Counted from the first letter of the stretch, positions 43,677 through 53,008 are shown. The stretch is DNA of 64,000 nucleotides from Gemmatimonadota bacterium (GCA_022340865.1 JAJDNC010000061.1:15648-79647), one strand, 5' to 3'. Translations and numbers: made by a program. Notes: a model not told the origin generated them from the sequence alone.

Positions 43677-44570
43677 ATGAAACTGCAGATGGCGTTGGCC
43701 GCGGGGGTGTTGGCTGCTTGCGCGAGCGGGGTCGCCGCGCAGGCTCCATCCCTGAGCGAGATTCTCGCGAAGTCGCCGGCTTCGGATTGGCGGGCCCTCG
43801 ATCCGAACAACACGCTCTACATGGAGATGCCCGGCGGCCGGGTGGTCATCGAGCTCTCCCCGGACTTCTCGCCGCGCCACGTCGCCAACGTGCGCGCCCT
43901 CGCGCATGCCGACTACTGGGACGGCGCCGCCATCGTGCGCGTCCAGGACGACTACGTGGTTCAGTGGAGTCGGGCCGAGGGCGACCAGCACGACCTGGGT
44001 ACGGCCGCCGCCAGGATCGCCGTGCCCGAGTATGATCGTCCCGTCGGCGATCTGCCCTTCACGCGATTGCCGGATCCGGATTCATATGCGCCCGAGACCG
44101 GCTTCACGCACGGCTTCCCTGCCGGCCGCGACGGACACGGCAGGACCTGGATGCTCCACTGCTACGGCGTCGTCGGCGTGGGGCGTGACAACCCACCGGA
44201 CAACGGAAACGGCACGGAGCTCTACGTCGTCATCGGACAATCGCCGCGGCACCTCGACCGCAACGTCGCCATGCTGGGACGGGTCGTGCAGGGGATGGAG
44301 CTGCTCTCCTCGCTCAGGCGGGGTACGGCTCCCATGGGGTTCTACCGGACGCCGGCGGACCGCACGCCGATCCGGTCCATCCGTCTGGCCGCGGACGTGC
44401 CGCCGGAGCAGCGCACCGACCTCGAGGTCCTGCGCACGGACAGCCGCACCTTCAAGGCCGTCATCGAGTCGCGGCGCTTCCGGCGCGAGAGCTGGTTCGT
44501 GCGACCCACCGGCCACATCAACGTCTGCAACGTGCCGCTGCCGGTGCGGCCGGTGCCTCACGGCGGTTGA
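43677..44570 (+). CDS. Cyclophilin-type peptidyl-prolyl cis-trans isomerase family lipoprotein
   Basis: The start MKLQMALAAGVLAACASG (lipobox) lies 6 nt after AAGGAG. It has cyclophilin-like segments: VVIELSPDFSPRHVANVRALA...IVRVQDDYVVQ and GTELYVVIGQSPRHLDRNVAMLGRVVQGMELL. Confidence 0.7.
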   Translation: MKLQMALAAGVLAACASGVAAQAPSLSEILAKSPASDWRALDPNNTLYMEMPGGRVVIELSPDFSPRHVANVRALAHADYWDGAAIVRVQDDYVVQWSRAEGDQHDLGTAAARIAVPEYDRPVGDLPFTRLPDPDSYAPETGFTHGFPAGRDGHGRTWMLHCYGVVGVGRDNPPDNGNGTELYVVIGQSPRHLDRNVAMLGRVVQGMELLSSLRRGTAPMGFYRTPADRTPIRSIRLAADVPPEQRTDLEVLRTDSRTFKAVIESRRFRRESWFVRPTGHINVCNVPLPVRPVPHGG

Positions 44571-44603
44571 TCCCGTCCGGGTGAGAGACGGGGAGATCGG
44601 CAC

Positions 44604-46943
44604 GTGAGCCAACCCGAGTCGCACGGGGAAGGCCTCTATCCGGTCTGGCTCGTCGTGGCGTTCGGAGCGGCGGTCGCCCTCGGTGCGCTGCTGGCTCCAC
44701 ACTTCTCCTACGACCGGTTCGACAATCTGCAGTACTTCACGCCGACAATTCTCCAGGCGCATCTCCGCTGGCTTCACGGGCACCTTCCACTCTGGACATC
44801 ACACCAGAATCTGGGCGAGCCCCTGCTCGCCAACGGACAGCCCGGCGTGTTCTATCCCGTCTATACCGCGGCGGTGGGGATCGTCGCGCTGCTGGGCCGG
44901 CCGGGCTGGCTGATGGGCGTCGTGGCCGCCTTCCATTTCGCCCTGGGGGTCGTGGGGTGGTTCATTCTGTTCGAGGCCGTGGGCCTCCGTCGGTGGCTCG
45001 CGGGGGCGGCCGCCTTCTCGGTCGAGGGCGGAGGGTTCGCGGCGCTCATCGTTCCGCTCTGGACGTTCATGGGCGGCGTCCTCTGCTGGATGCCGTGGAT
45101 CCTGTACGGAACCCTCCGGGCTCTACGCGATCCGAACGATCCTCGCGGGCTCTGGGTTCCGGCGGGTATCCTGCTCGTCGCGGCGATCGGTCACCCGCAG
45201 ATGCTGGCGTACGCGTGGATCTGGATCCTGGTCACGGCTGGGCTCTTCGGCTGGGCGGAACGCGCCGCGGCCCGAGCCTGGAGGCGCTGGGCCGGTCTCC
45301 TGGCTTCGGGGGCCTTGCTGAGCGCTCCCGTCCTCCTGCCCATATACCTGGAGAGCCGAGTCTCGATGCGGGCGGCCGAGCTCTCATACGCGAACTACGT
45401 CGCCCGGAGCGTCGCTCCCTCGGAGCTGGTGAGTCTCATCGCTCCGGTCCTGCGCTCCGCACACTCGTATATGCGAACCAGGGGGACCCTCTCCTTCTAT
45501 CAGGGCTCGTGGATCATCCTGGCGCTGGGGGCGGGCGCGCTGAGCGTAGGAGCCGGGCTCGTGGCGTCGAGAACGACCTCGCCCCGGGGGGCGCGAAAGA
45601 GGGCATCGCCCGAGCTCCTGTTTCTGTGCGCCGGTGCGAGCGGACTCCTCTTCGTGCTCCTCGCGCTCGGCCGCTGGGGCGGCCTGATGCGGCTGTCCTA
45701 CGGGATTCCACTCTGGTCGTCCTTCCGTACCCCCTTCAAGTTCCTGCTCTTCGCCGGCGCGAGCATCACCCTCGCCGCAGGGCTGGGCGCGGAAGCGTGG
45801 CTCCGACGGCTCCCCGGCTCGGGCTCCGGCCTCCGCCTGGGCCTGGCCCTGTGGGCCGTTCTCCTGGTGGCGGCCGCGGACGTTGCCGGCTGGATCGGGC
45901 GCCATCCACTGTACTCCCTGGCGTTCGTACTGCTCTTCGTTCTAGCCGTGGCAGCCCTCATGGTAGCCGACCGGCGCCTGGGTGCCATGCTGCTCATGGG
46001 ATGCGCGTGGAGCGGCGTAGCGCTCGTTCAAGGCTTTGCTCAGGTGTCCGACATCAGCCGTTACGACGAGCCGATTGCCGCGTTCGGACCCTCCGTCCTG
46101 GGAATCGACCCGGCCGACCGGGTGCTTCCAGTGTCATCTGATCTCCGGTTGGCCGGCATGCAGCAGATGGCCCTGTGGGACTCGCCGACGCTCAACGGAT
46201 ACGACGGAGCCACCGGTACCTGGAACCCGCTGACTCCCACATGGCTTCTCGAGTTCTTCCCTTCGTACAGGGCCGGTCTCCTCCCCAGGGCTTCCTATGA
46301 AGAGTTGCTGGGGAGTCGCTTTCTCAAAGCGCTGGACGTTCGGTACGCGATCGTCCCGGACACCGACGCCGAGGCTGCGCGATGGGTGGAGCGCGGCGGC
46401 TTCCACCTCATCCGGCGCCTGAGGGAGTCGAGCGTCTACGAGCAGGACAGCGTTCTGTCGCGCGTGTATTTCGCTCGGGAGGTGCGACCCTACTCACTGG
46501 CCCGTGTGAAGGAGGGCCTGATGAAGAACCGGGTCCCGGTCCGCACAGCCTACCTGAAGGGGAGCACGGCCGCAGCGCTCCCCGAGGCGCGAGTCCTCTC
46601 CATCGAGCGGCGGCCGAACGGGGTCCGGGCGGAAGTCGACGCGCCGGCCGGCGGGCTCGTGGTCTTTTCCTCGACGTATTATCCGCAGTGGCGAGCCTTT
46701 GCCGACGGGAGGGAGGTACCGGCGCTTCGGGTGAACGGACTCGTCACGGGTGCGAGAATCCCCCCCGGCACGAAGACCGTGGAGTTTCGATTCGGCTTCG
46801 CGGGCCTCGGCATCTCCCTTCTGCTCTTCGCTGCCGGGCTCTTGGCGCTGGCGTTGTGGCTGGTGACGCGCAGACGGCCCCGGGCGGAATCGCCACGGCA
46901 AGGGGGCTCCGCCCTGTCTGAGCGTGCGGACTCAAGTTCCTGA
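44604..46943 (+). CDS. YfhO-like polytopic GT-C-type membrane glycosyltransferase
   Basis: It has a GTG start and a first-loop signature LPLWTSHQNLGEPLLANGQPGVFYPVY. There are more than 12 TM helices, then a soluble C-terminal domain and a terminal TM. This architecture is typical of YfhO family proteins. Confidence 0.6.
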   Translation: MSQPESHGEGLYPVWLVVAFGAAVALGALLAPHFSYDRFDNLQYFTPTILQAHLRWLHGHLPLWTSHQNLGEPLLANGQPGVFYPVYTAAVGIVALLGRPGWLMGVVAAFHFALGVVGWFILFEAVGLRRWLAGAAAFSVEGGGFAALIVPLWTFMGGVLCWMPWILYGTLRALRDPNDPRGLWVPAGILLVAAIGHPQMLAYAWIWILVTAGLFGWAERAAARAWRRWAGLLASGALLSAPVLLPIYLESRVSMRAAELSYANYVARSVAPSELVSLIAPVLRSAHSYMRTRGTLSFYQGSWIILALGAGALSVGAGLVASRTTSPRGARKRASPELLFLCAGASGLLFVLLALGRWGGLMRLSYGIPLWSSFRTPFKFLLFAGASITLAAGLGAEAWLRRLPGSGSGLRLGLALWAVLLVAAADVAGWIGRHPLYSLAFVLLFVLAVAALMVADRRLGAMLLMGCAWSGVALVQGFAQVSDISRYDEPIAAFGPSVLGIDPADRVLPVSSDLRLAGMQQMALWDSPTLNGYDGATGTWNPLTPTWLLEFFPSYRAGLLPRASYEELLGSRFLKALDVRYAIVPDTDAEAARWVERGGFHLIRRLRESSVYEQDSVLSRVYFAREVRPYSLARVKEGLMKNRVPVRTAYLKGSTAAALPEARVLSIERRPNGVRAEVDAPAGGLVVFSSTYYPQWRAFADGREVPALRVNGLVTGARIPPGTKTVEFRFGFAGLGISLLLFAAGLLALALWLVTRRRPRAESPRQGGSALSERADSSS

Positions 46944-47681
46944 GACGAAACGAGCGTACACCAGATGGGACGACCCGACGGGGAGCCGCCATCCCCTGCC
47001 TACCCAACGCCGCTCGGCTGCAAAGACCGTCTCCAGGAGCGCGTTCACGGGCGACGGAGGCCTGGACGGAGGAGCCGGCGGTTCGGCAGCGAGACGCGAG
47101 AGCCACCGTTGGGTCACGAAGGCCGGCAACAGGAGCGTCTGGAACGGGGTGGCGAACTCGACGCGGAAGCCGGCCCCCTCCAGGCGTGACTCCAGCTCCC
47201 CCGGCCGATAGCGGCGGAAGTGCCCGTGGACCTCGTCGTGACCCGACCAGAGAGAAGGATGCGCGGGAACCGTCCCCAGGAAGTGGCCGCCGTGACGAAG
47301 GACCCGTGCCAGCTCACATACGGCCGCGACGTCGTCCTCGATGTGCTCCAGCACGTCGAATGCGGTCACGAGGTCGAATGTGCCAGAGCGGAACGGGAGC
47401 GACGGCAGCCGTCCTGCCACCGCCGCCAGTCCTTCCCGCTGGCATAGCCGCTGCATCGCCTCGGGCGCGCTCTCTACGGCGACGATACGTCCGAAACGTC
47501 CCAGCCTCTCGCTCAGAGCGCCGCCTCCGGCCCCGACGTCCAGAAGCGTGCGGGGCGGGGAGCCCGCAGCAGCCGGTCCCAGACGCGCCTCCAGCACGTC
47601 CATCACGATGCGGCGCCGCGCTCTGAACCACCAATGGCGCTCCTCGGTATCCAGGAGGCTCCGGTACGCCTCGGGCTTCAC
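46932..47681 (-). CDS. Class I SAM-dependent methyltransferase
   Basis: Only the 3' half of listed ORF 46932-48356 is real. The GTG start (VKPEAYRSLLDTEERHWWF...) overlaps the upstream stop (TAGTG). It has motif I LLDVGAGGGALSE and motif FDLVTAFDVLEHIEDD. Its 3' end overlaps the convergent YfhO-like gene by 12 nt. Confidence 0.75.
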   Translation of the reverse strand: MKPEAYRSLLDTEERHWWFRARRRIVMDVLEARLGPAAAGSPPRTLLDVGAGGGALSERLGRFGRIVAVESAPEAMQRLCQREGLAAVAGRLPSLPFRSGTFDLVTAFDVLEHIEDDVAAVCELARVLRHGGHFLGTVPAHPSLWSGHDEVHGHFRRYRPGELESRLEGAGFRVEFATPFQTLLLPAFVTQRWLSRLAAEPPAPPSRPPSPVNALLETVFAAERRWVGRGWRLPVGSSHLVYARFVSGT

Positions 47682-48742
47682 TAGCTTACGCCGAGGTTCC
47701 CGGAGGCCGTGTCGGGCGGCAGGGTATCCGCTCCACGCACCTCCTCGGAGTGATCTCCGAAGGCGCCCTGTTCCGCCACGAAGTAGATGGGCCTGCGCTG
47801 GGTGTCGACGAAGATCCTTCCAACGTACTCGCCGATCATCCCGAGCATGAGGATCTGCACGCCGCCGAGGAAGAACACACCCGTCACCAGGAAGGCGTAG
47901 CCCGGAATCGGGATGCCCAGGAACAGCTTCTGGAACACAACGGTGGCCGCGCCGAGGAGGCTCAACCCCGTCACGACGAGACCCGCGACGCTGACCAGAT
48001 GGAGGGGCGCCGCCGAAAACGAGGTCATGGCGTCCAGAGCCAGCACCGTGAGCCTCCACCAGGAGTACTTCGTCACGCCGCCGTGGCGGGAGGACCTGCG
48101 GAAGGTCACCGCCGCAGAACGGAACCCGGACCACGCGACCATCCCGCGCACGAAGCGGTTGCGTTCCGGCATGCGCAGGAAGGCGTTCACCGCGGAGCGG
48201 CTCATGAGTCGGAAGTCGCCCACGTCCGCGGGCAGGTCGAAAGCGGTGATGCGCGCCATCATCCGGTAGAACAGCCGGCTGGTCCAGCGCTTGAGCACGT
48301 TCTCCCCGTCGCGCGCGGTCCTGCGCGCGTAGACCACGTGGAAGCCCTGACGCCACAGACCCACCATGTCGGGGATGATCTCGGGTGGGTCCTGGAGGTC
48401 TGCGTCCATGAGCACGACGGCATCGCCCTTCGCGTGCTCCAGGCCCGCGGTCGTAGCCGCTTCATGCCCGAAGTTCCGGGTCAGCGCCACATAGCGGACC
48501 TCCGGGCGGGAGCGCGTGAGACGTCGAAGGCGCTCGAGGGTTCCGTCCCGGCTGCCATCGTCCACGAAGACCACTTCCCAGGGCAGCTCGAGGGGTGACA
48601 GCGCCTCCTCGAGCCGCTGGACGAGCACGTCGACATTCTCCTCTTCGTCGTGGCAGGGCACCACGATGGAAAGGACCGGCGGTGACGACTCGCCTCGGGC
48701 CTCCCGGGACGATGGTGGCCTCCGGGCCGTGGAGTCAGCCAT
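47681..48742 (-). CDS. GT2 polyprenyl-phosphate glycosyltransferase (GtrB/CsbB/ArnC-like) with two C-terminal TM helices
   Basis: It has LSIVVPCHDEEENV, VFVDDGSRDGT, VLMDADLQDPPE, and C-terminal hydrophobic helices. Confidence 0.8.
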   Translation of the reverse strand: MADSTARRPPSSREARGESSPPVLSIVVPCHDEEENVDVLVQRLEEALSPLELPWEVVFVDDGSRDGTLERLRRLTRSRPEVRYVALTRNFGHEAATTAGLEHAKGDAVVLMDADLQDPPEIIPDMVGLWRQGFHVVYARRTARDGENVLKRWTSRLFYRMMARITAFDLPADVGDFRLMSRSAVNAFLRMPERNRFVRGMVAWSGFRSAAVTFRRSSRHGGVTKYSWWRLTVLALDAMTSFSAAPLHLVSVAGLVVTGLSLLGAATVVFQKLFLGIPIPGYAFLVTGVFFLGGVQILMLGMIGEYVGRIFVDTQRRPIYFVAEQGAFGDHSEEVRGADTLPPDTASGNLGVS

Positions 48743-48858
48743 GGACGTGGCTGCTCTGTCTCAGCGTCGTCATTCAGAGAAGTTGCCCGCGATTCCCGGG
48801 TCGCGGCAAGGTAGATCGACGTCAGGCTCTCCCGGGAGCGGGTCGCAGCCATACGCGC

Positions 48859-48897
48859 GAAGCCCCCCGAACGCCGAGTCGGCGCCCGGGGGGCTTC
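48859..48897 (-). terminator. Strong GC hairpin downstream of the cold-shock gene
   Basis: A perfect 11-bp inverted repeat, GAAGCCCCCCG / CGGGGGGCTTC, with a self-complementary loop, lies 16 nt after the csp stop. There is no U-tract. Confidence 0.5.
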
Positions 48898-48913
48898 GGT
48901 CGATCAGCTCGAC

Positions 48914-49120
48914 TCAGACCTTGACCACGTTCTCCGCGGCCGGGCCCTTCTGGCCCTGGGTGATGTCGAACTCCACCGTGTCACCCTCGTTCAAGGACTT
49001 GAAGCCCTCGGCCTGGATGGCTGAGTGGTGGACGAAGCAATCCTTGCTACCGTCCTCGGGCGTGATGAACCCGAAACCCTTCTGATCGTTGAACCACTTC
49101 ACGGTTCCCCTGCTGCGCAT
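48914..49120 (-). CDS. Cold-shock protein (CspA family, CSD)
   Basis: The sequence is [35 protein letters not shown]... (RNP1 KGFGFI, RNP2 VFVHH-like). It is 68 aa with AGGAG upstream. The listed ORF extends implausibly to 49234. Confidence 0.9.
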   Translation of the reverse strand: MRSRGTVKWFNDQKGFGFITPEDGSKDCFVHHSAIQAEGFKSLNEGDTVEFDITQGQKGPAAENVVKV

Positions 49121-49236
49121 CTTCCAACTCCTGTCAATGACTCGGTCCTCGGTCGGAGTCTTCGGAAGATCCGTAGCTACCGACTGTTGACCCGCGCGGT
49201 TGAACCCCCGCGCCGGGTAGTGGCAACGTGCCACAG

Positions 49237-49268
49237 AAAAAAATCGGGACGGCCCCGGGGGCTTCCCG
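49237..49268 (-). terminator. Canonical intrinsic terminator (GC hairpin followed by U7)
   Basis: The minus strand reads CGGGAAGCCCCCGGGGCCGTCCCG A TTTTTTT. A 7-nt T-run is highly unusual in this GC-rich window. Confidence 0.65.
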
Positions 49269-49419
49269 ATGGCATCCTGACGGATGCTGCACTAGTCCTC
49301 TTGTGTGCCTCTCAATCAGCCCAAAAATCGCAGCAAACGTCCTTCCCGTCAAACCCCTTCGAGTCGGCGGTGTGGATTCGCACCCCGGGCGGGTGGGAAA
49401 CGGCGTGGCCACGCCGGAC

Positions 49420-50505
49420 TCAGGGACAGCGATATACCAGGGAGTTGACGTTCATCCCGGCCCCCACGGCGGCGAAGACCAGCACATCACCGGAGGCGAG
49501 CCGGTGGCCGTCCATGGACTCCTTCCGGATCAGGTCGAAGAGGGTGGGGAGGGTCGCCACCGAGCTGTTGCCGAGCCAGGAGATGGTCATGGGCATGATG
49601 TGCTCGGGGATCTCGGCGACGTCGTAGAGCTTGAACAGCCGCCCCAGAATGGCCTCGTCCAGCTTGGCGTTCGCCTGGTGGATGAGGACCTTCGCCACAT
49701 CCATGAGCGCGAGACCGGCGCGCTCGAGGCTCTCCTTGACGACGGCGGGGACCGTCTGCACCGCGTATTGGTAGAGTTGCCGGCCCCGCATCTTCAGGTA
49801 GCGGCGGTCCTCACCCAGCGTGGGATCGTAGGACTTCCCCATGGAGAGGAGCCCGGTGAACCCCAGAGCGTCGGACCGGGTGGCGTGGCTCAGGACTCCC
49901 AGCGGCGTCTCGTTCTCGGTGGCTTCCAGCACGACGGCCCCGGCCCCGTCGGCGTAGAGCATGCTGTCGCGATCTCCCGGGTCGCACACCCGCGAGAGCG
50001 TCTCCGTCCCCACGACCAGGGCTCGGTGCGTATCTCCCGAGCGCAGGAAGTAGTCGGCGTGGATCACGGCCTGGAGCCATCCGGGACAGCCGAACGGAAG
50101 GTCGTACGCGACGCATCGCGAGTTACGGATCCCCAGGCGCTCCTTGATGCGTGCAGCCAGGGTCGGCACGAGATCGAGACGGCCGTTCGTGGGGTCGACG
50201 TCGCCGAAGTTGTGGGCGACGATGATGTGGTCCAGGGTCTCCCGGTCGATGCCGGCGTCCCGGATCGCGGCTTCCGCCGCTGTGGCGCCAAGACACGAAG
50301 CCGCCCGGTTGTCGACGGCGTAGCGGCGGCCCGAGATGTCCGTGATCTGCCGGAACTTGTCGATCACTGCCGCGTTGGCCCCCGGGTCTATCGGTTGCCC
50401 GTAGTCCCGGAAGAACGCGTTCGTGAGGAATGCCTGGTTGTCCACCACCCTCGTCGGGAGGAAGCTGCCGGAGCCGGTGAACCTCGAGTACCGCCGTGCG
50501 CTCAT
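49420..50505 (-). CDS. 3-oxoacyl-ACP synthase III (FabH/KAS III) family condensing enzyme
   Basis: It has the Cys nucleophile in LPFGCPGW, His in LIHQAN and Asn in WLGNSS. The start overlaps the upstream stop (ATGA). Confidence 0.8.
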   Translation of the reverse strand: MSARRYSRFTGSGSFLPTRVVDNQAFLTNAFFRDYGQPIDPGANAAVIDKFRQITDISGRRYAVDNRAASCLGATAAEAAIRDAGIDRETLDHIIVAHNFGDVDPTNGRLDLVPTLAARIKERLGIRNSRCVAYDLPFGCPGWLQAVIHADYFLRSGDTHRALVVGTETLSRVCDPGDRDSMLYADGAGAVVLEATENETPLGVLSHATRSDALGFTGLLSMGKSYDPTLGEDRRYLKMRGRQLYQYAVQTVPAVVKESLERAGLALMDVAKVLIHQANAKLDEAILGRLFKLYDVAEIPEHIMPMTISWLGNSSVATLPTLFDLIRKESMDGHRLASGDVLVFAAVGAGMNVNSLVYRCP

Positions 50506-51161
50506 GTGCTCCTTGGAGGGTGGGGCCCTGGGTGCAGGCTAGGGCCCCGGGAGGGAGATGTCCAGGAACCGGTCGCGTGACCGACGGAATTTCCGACGCC
50601 CGGCCCCGTCAACTCGGGGGACGCCACGGCCGCGGACCACCAGAAGGGGATCGCGGTGAGCAATCCCACCACCACCGCGGTACAGAGCGCGGCGACGCAC
50701 TCGGCTGCCGCCGGCTTCGCGGCCATCACGAAGACCACGGCGACGAACAGCGTCAGCGTGGTCATCTTCGCGCTCCATGCCAGCGGATCGCGGAGCAGGC
50801 GACGGGCTCGTGGTGACATCCCCGACGACTCGAGCTCGCGCTTGAGCGCGCGGGAGCGGCCGCCCTCGACGCCCTTCCCGAGGGCCACGATCATGACCAG
50901 CCCCGCCATGGCCGCGTCGATCCACGAGATCGAGAAGGCCCAGCGTACGTGGGTCATGTAGACGCCGGTGCCCAGAAGGCCCAGGGCGGAGACGGGGAAC
51001 GCCAGGACGACGCGCTCCGTGAAGGCGATCCACGACATCGCTTCCCGGGGACTGTCGGTATCCCTCAGCCGCAGAGCCGCGAAGGTCGAGAGGGACGTCG
51101 CAACGCACGCGAGGAGCAGGGACAGGAGGTGCCCGAAGAGGGCCAGCACATATCCGTTCAC
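50502..51161 (-). CDS. Small polytopic membrane protein of unknown function
   Basis: It has a GTG start (VNGYVLALFGHLLSLLLACVATSL) and 4-5 hydrophobic helices. It is co-transcribed with the FabH-like gene. The family is unknown. Confidence 0.5.
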   Translation of the reverse strand: MNGYVLALFGHLLSLLLACVATSLSTFAALRLRDTDSPREAMSWIAFTERVVLAFPVSALGLLGTGVYMTHVRWAFSISWIDAAMAGLVMIVALGKGVEGGRSRALKRELESSGMSPRARRLLRDPLAWSAKMTTLTLFVAVVFVMAAKPAAAECVAALCTAVVVGLLTAIPFWWSAAVASPELTGPGVGNSVGHATGSWTSPSRGPSLHPGPHPPRST

Positions 51162-51237
51162 GGGTCTTCTTTCGCGGGAGGGTGGGATCTGCCATAATTG
51201 GAGTGAACAGTATTCATTAGATATACATACAGTCAAT
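51162..51237. promoter_or_regulatory. AT-rich divergent promoter/probable TetR operator region
   Basis: This is the lowest-GC stretch in the area (CCATAATTGGAGTGAACAGTATTCATTAGATATACATACAGTCAAT). It contains the imperfect inverted repeat TGAAcagtaTTCA. Confidence 0.4.
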
Positions 51238-51876
51238 ATGACGCACATCAAACGCCCCTACCGTTCACCCCGACGACGCGAGCAGGCGCAGGAGACCCGG
51301 CGGAAGATCCTGGCCGCGGCCCGCGAGCTCTTCGTGAAGCGCGGATACGGAGGATCGACGATGGACGCCATCGCCCAGGGGGCCGGCGTGGCCGTGCAGA
51401 CCGTCTACGCGTCCCTGGGATCCAAGAAGGGCATCCTCCTGGCGCTCCTCGACGAGATGGCGGAAGACGCGGACCTCTCGGGGATGAGGGCAGCGGTGGC
51501 GGCCGCTGCGGGTGACCCGCCGCGTCAGCTGCGTGAGCGTCTGGCCTTCACCACCCGGTTCTTCGCCGGCGGCGCGGACATCATCGACATCGCCCGCACC
51601 GTCTCCGGCGTGGAGTCGGACCTGAAGGAGATGTGGAACGAGGGCGAAGGCCGGCGGCACGAGCGCACGGAAGCCCTCGTCGCCGAATGGGAGGCGGCCG
51701 GAGCATTGGCGCCCGGCGTCGCGGCCCGGGAGGGCACCGACCTGATGTGGGCGCTCTGCGGACCGGACGTATTCCGACTTCTCGTCACAGAGCGGGGGTG
51801 GAGCCAAGAGCAGTTCCAGGAACGGATCGCCTCCATTCTGGAGTCGGTGCTCTTCGCCTTTCTCCACGAACCCTGA
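51238..51876 (+). CDS. TetR/AcrR family transcriptional regulator
   Basis: The sequence is MTHIKRPYRSPRRREQAQETRRKILAAARELFVKRGYGGSTMDAIAQGAGVAVQTVYASLGSKKGIL (classic TetR N-terminal HTH). Confidence 0.85.
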   Translation: MTHIKRPYRSPRRREQAQETRRKILAAARELFVKRGYGGSTMDAIAQGAGVAVQTVYASLGSKKGILLALLDEMAEDADLSGMRAAVAAAAGDPPRQLRERLAFTTRFFAGGADIIDIARTVSGVESDLKEMWNEGEGRRHERTEALVAEWEAAGALAPGVAAREGTDLMWALCGPDVFRLLVTERGWSQEQFQERIASILESVLFAFLHEP

Positions 51877-51896
51877 CCCCGGAACACCGATTCCCC

Positions 51897-53003
51897 ATGC
51901 CACTGCAGACCACTCTGGAGTCCGGCGTGGCCAGGGCCACCACGCCCCTTCCCCGGCGGGCAGCGCTGGCGGTATGCGCGCTCGTCCTCTTCAGCATGAT
52001 CTTCCTGGATCGGCATGCGGCCCTCGCCGGCGGCCATACCGCCCATCGTGCGCTCGTGGACTCGGCCGCCGCCCTGGATCTCACTGTGGGCGCTTCCCTG
52101 GCCTCCTGGTGGGTGCTCCGCGGCGACTTCCAGTGGAGGGCGTGGGCGCTCCTCCCCCTCTTCTTCGTGTCCCTGGTCCTCGCTCCCGTGGCACTGCCCC
52201 ACGGGCACAAGGATGGCTTGAGGCTCGCGCATGGCCTGGCGGCTCCGCTCGAGCTCCTGAGCCTCGCCTTCCTGGCCCGAAGGGCCGCAGCGGGCCGACG
52301 GGCTCTTCGGCGCTCGTCGTCGGCCCCGGATGAGTGGGACATCTGTACGGCCCTGCGGTGCGGAGCGACCGAGGCCTTCGGGCCGGGTCGATTCGCCGAT
52401 GCCATCGCGTACGAGGTGTCCGTGCTCTACTACGGTCTCTTCGCCCGAAAGCGCGCAGTGTCGAGCGCCGCGGCGTTCACGTATCACCGCAAGACGGCCT
52501 ACGGCACCATCGTCCTGGCTCTCCTCATGGTCACCGCCGCGGAAGTCGTGTCCGTCCATCTCCTCGTGCGCCTGTGGAGCCCTCGCGTGGCCTGGCTGCT
52601 CACCGGCGTCGGGCTCTATGGTGCGCTCTGGCTCTACGGGGATTGGCGCGCGTGCCGTCTGCGTCCGGTCACGGTGGACGGTGAGACGCTGCGGGTCCGC
52701 TTTGGCCTTCGGTGGCAGCTCGACATCCCCATCGACGCGATCAGGAGCATCCGCGCCCCCACGACCCCGGAGCGGGCGACGCGTGGTGGTGTGGATCTTC
52801 GCCTGACTCTGCCCGGTGCTCCCTGGAGGGTCCTGGAGCTGAATCGACCCGTCGAGGCGAACGGCATCTACGGACGCACCCGCCGCGTGAGTGTGCTCGG
52901 CCTGGCCCTCGACGACTTCGATGGCCTGAGCGCCGCGCTGGAGGCGGAGGGCGTGCCCGTTGCACCTTCCCGCACCTCGTCCCTCGAGAGAGAGCACGGG
53001 TGA
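51897..53003 (+). CDS. Membrane protein of unknown function with a soluble C-terminal domain (bacterial PH-like?)
   Basis: The start is MPLQTTLESG.... It has about 6 TM helices, then the beta-rich domain DGETLRVRFGLRWQLDIPIDAIRSIR. Only the downstream part of listed ORF 51633-53003 is plausible. Confidence 0.5.
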   Translation: MPLQTTLESGVARATTPLPRRAALAVCALVLFSMIFLDRHAALAGGHTAHRALVDSAAALDLTVGASLASWWVLRGDFQWRAWALLPLFFVSLVLAPVALPHGHKDGLRLAHGLAAPLELLSLAFLARRAAAGRRALRRSSSAPDEWDICTALRCGATEAFGPGRFADAIAYEVSVLYYGLFARKRAVSSAAAFTYHRKTAYGTIVLALLMVTAAEVVSVHLLVRLWSPRVAWLLTGVGLYGALWLYGDWRACRLRPVTVDGETLRVRFGLRWQLDIPIDAIRSIRAPTTPERATRGGVDLRLTLPGAPWRVLELNRPVEANGIYGRTRRVSVLGLALDDFDGLSAALEAEGVPVAPSRTSSLEREHG

Positions 53004-53008
53004 TTTCC

